In this document: positions 18,731-20,730 of the stretch, one piece after another
How the letters are laid out: each line of letters begins with the position of its first letter
How positions within the stretch are numbered: position 1 is the stretch's first letter
The notes under the pieces: generated by a model
What the model saw: only the letters and a program-made list of their open reading frames with translations
Told to the model about the DNA's origin: nothing
Database searches by the model: none
Assembly (NCBI GenBank): GCA_031960885.1
Contig: JAVRLY010000016.1
Coordinates: forward strand, 2,360 to 23,089
Length of the DNA stretch: 20,730 bases
From: Desulfurella sp.
GTDB lineage: Bacteria > Campylobacterota_A > Desulfurellia > Desulfurellales > Desulfurellaceae
Direction of reading: 5' to 3'
Position numbers and translations under genes: made by a program

Positions 18731-20627
18731 TATCAAAGTGTAGATTAATCTCACATAAGTTATTTGTTATGATTTGAAGCGTTTTGAATATATCTAAAGA
18801 TTTAATAATTATATGGTATCTATACCTATTTTTTATTTTATCAATGGGACATTTTGTTGGACCAAGAAAGCTGACAGTATTGCTTTGTAAAATGCTAGCA
18901 CATTTTTCAATTTGTTCTTTTGCCGTTTTTTCTTTTGTGTGTGATGAAATAATTCTTATCAAATGGGAAAAAGGGGGATAGACTAAGGATTTCCTAATTT
19001 TTATTTCTTCATTTAGAAAGCCCTCGTAATCGTTGTTTTTAATAAATTGTTCAAGCCTTGATGGAATTTTTGATTCAATAATAACATTGCCTTGTTGTTT
19101 GCGTCCGCTTCTGCCCGCTGTTTGCATAATCAAAGACAATGCCTTTTCATCTACCCTAAAATCAGGCATAGCAAAAATAGATTCAATGTTTGATATAATA
19201 ACTAAGTTTATTTTCTCTATATCGTAACCTTTTGATATCAAACTTGTCCCAATTATAATGTCTATTTTCCCATCAAGCAGATTAGAAAATACCTCTTGCG
19301 AGTATCTTTTTGATGAGGCTGTATCTCTATCTAAGCGTTTAATATTTAAGTGTGGAAACTTTTTGAGTAAAAATTCTTCCATTTTTTGTGTTCCTACACC
19401 AATGTCCTTTATGTTGTAACTTAAGCAACTTGGACATTGCTTTGGTATAGAAAAACTTGATTCGCAAAAATGGCATTTTAAATCTTGCGTTTTTTTATGA
19501 TACACAAGCGAAACATTGCAATTTGGACATCTAAAGATATGACCGCAGTCTTTGCAAATTAAATAATGTGCAAAACCGCGCCTATTAACTAGTATTGCAC
19601 ACGTTTGATTATTGGATAGAGCTTGCTCTATGCTTTTTATTGATTTATCGCTCAACATTTCTTTATCGGATGTGGCAAATTCAATTGTAGGCAGCGGACA
19701 ATTATTGACGCGCTTTGTCAGTTTGAATAAGTTGAATTTTCTTGTGATAGCAGCTTTATAGTATGTTTCAACAGTTGGCGTTGCACTTGATAAGATTACG
19801 GGTATGTTTAATTGCTTTGCCCTGTATATTAACAAGTCTTTAGCATTGTAGCAAGGCGTATTTTCCTGTTTGTATGAGTCATCGTTTTCTTCGTCTACAA
19901 CAATTAAACCAGTGTTTGACAAATCTACAAAAGCAGCAGAACGAGTGCCTAAAAGCACCCTCTTTTGTTGTATTCTAAATAAGTTCCACTCTAGAAATTT
20001 TTGTTTTGGCGTCAATTTTGAGTGATAAACTGCAACCGTATCAAAAAAACGCTCTTCAAATACCATCTTATACTGATTGGTTAGCGCAATTTCTGGCACA
20101 AGCACAATGGCGTTTTTGCCTTTTTCTATAACATCTAATATTTTATGTAAAAAAACTTCTGTTTTACCAGAACCAGTTACGCCAAATATGAGATTTACGC
20201 TAAATTTATCCAGTTCTATGGATTTATAGATTTCATTTTGCTCTTCGTTTAATTTTAAAAATTTGTCATAATTTATGTGCGTTTTGATATTGTTTTCAAA
20301 ATCTATTGGTGTTTGAGAAAAAGCGAGCGAAGGTAAAGAATTCTTTAAAATCAAGCCCTTTGGACTTAAATAGTAGTAGCTTGCAAAATTTATAGTGTTT
20401 ATAAGCTCTTTGCTAAGAATTGGTTTAGTATCCACAACAGAAATAATTTCTTTAATATCAGATATATTTGGTTCTGATAATTGTTCAAATACTACACCAA
20501 TTTTTTTTCTATTTTTAAAATCCACTAAAACCCTTGTGCCTATTGGGATTTGCAGTGTGCTTTTGTAAATGAAACCTTTATTTAAAGCAATATTAAATAG
20601 GACACTGTAGTAATTCATGTTAAACAT
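18708..20627 (-). CDS. priA: Primosomal protein N' (replication restart helicase)
   Basis: Walker A 'GVTGSGKTE', 'LVPEIALT', 'GTRSA', 'SATP', 'NRRG', two Zn-binding sets of paired CxxC, 'Q.AGR.GR' and 'YPPF'. The start may be ATG 20618. Confidence 0.95.
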   Translation of the reverse strand: MFNMNYYSVLFNIALNKGFIYKSTLQIPIGTRVLVDFKNRKKIGVVFEQLSEPNISDIKEIISVVDTKPILSKELINTINFASYYYLSPKGLILKNSLPSLAFSQTPIDFENNIKTHINYDKFLKLNEEQNEIYKSIELDKFSVNLIFGVTGSGKTEVFLHKILDVIEKGKNAIVLVPEIALTNQYKMVFEERFFDTVAVYHSKLTPKQKFLEWNLFRIQQKRVLLGTRSAAFVDLSNTGLIVVDEENDDSYKQENTPCYNAKDLLIYRAKQLNIPVILSSATPTVETYYKAAITRKFNLFKLTKRVNNCPLPTIEFATSDKEMLSDKSIKSIEQALSNNQTCAILVNRRGFAHYLICKDCGHIFRCPNCNVSLVYHKKTQDLKCHFCESSFSIPKQCPSCLSYNIKDIGVGTQKMEEFLLKKFPHLNIKRLDRDTASSKRYSQEVFSNLLDGKIDIIIGTSLISKGYDIEKINLVIISNIESIFAMPDFRVDEKALSLIMQTAGRSGRKQQGNVIIESKIPSRLEQFIKNNDYEGFLNEEIKIRKSLVYPPFSHLIRIISSHTKEKTAKEQIEKCASILQSNTVSFLGPTKCPIDKIKNRYRYHIIIKSLDIFKTLQIITNNLCEINLHFDIDPISFF

Positions 20628-20639
20628 TTTTCATAAGTG

Positions 20640-20730
20640 CTAATTTCTCTTTTTCGGATTTACTTGTTCTATTTGTACTCCCATAAAAACTTTTTTATAG
20701 GTTGCCTTAAAGTAATTTGACAAATCTTTA
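20640..20730 (-). CDS. Possible 3' end of an upstream, unidentified gene
   Basis: One minus-strand frame is open from the window edge (KDLSNYFKATYKKVFMGVQIEQVNPKKRN*) and stops 12 nt before priA. It is too short to identify, and a second frame is also open for 19 codons. Confidence 0.35.
   Translation of the reverse strand, partial: KDLSNYFKATYKKVFMGVQIEQVNPKKRN

Noticed and set aside
20635..20643. CIRCE-like half site AAGTGCTAA upstream of priA
   Set aside because: There is no left arm at the required spacing.

Overview
This is an AT-rich, very compact bacterial chromosomal segment made up almost entirely of housekeeping genes. I see no mobile elements, CRISPR arrays or RNA genes. The order is: (+) 3' end of a CinA/PncC gene and a DUF805 membrane protein; (-) a long cluster, read right to left, ilvB-ilvN-ilvC-psd-pssA-leuA-[63-aa four-Cys protein]-[DacZ-type diadenylate cyclase]-folD; a divergent promoter region; (+) hrcA-grpE-dnaK-dnaJ with a CIRCE operator and an internal terminator; (-) priA-rpsU-rqcH(NFACT)-cvpA-M23 peptidase-MATE. 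The DnaK insert points to a diderm organism, and the gene content and composition suggest a Desulfurellales/Campylobacterota-like lineage (inference only). The most interesting candidate is a small CxxC-x5-C-x10-C protein whose gene overlaps the start of an archaeal-type c-di-AMP synthase, a possible metal/redox-controlled c-di-AMP module. Other points of interest are a hairpin linking the rpsU stop codon to the rqcH ribosome-binding site, a PriA with DEEN instead of DEEH, and a CIRCE that contains the hrcA SD and overlaps its start codon.
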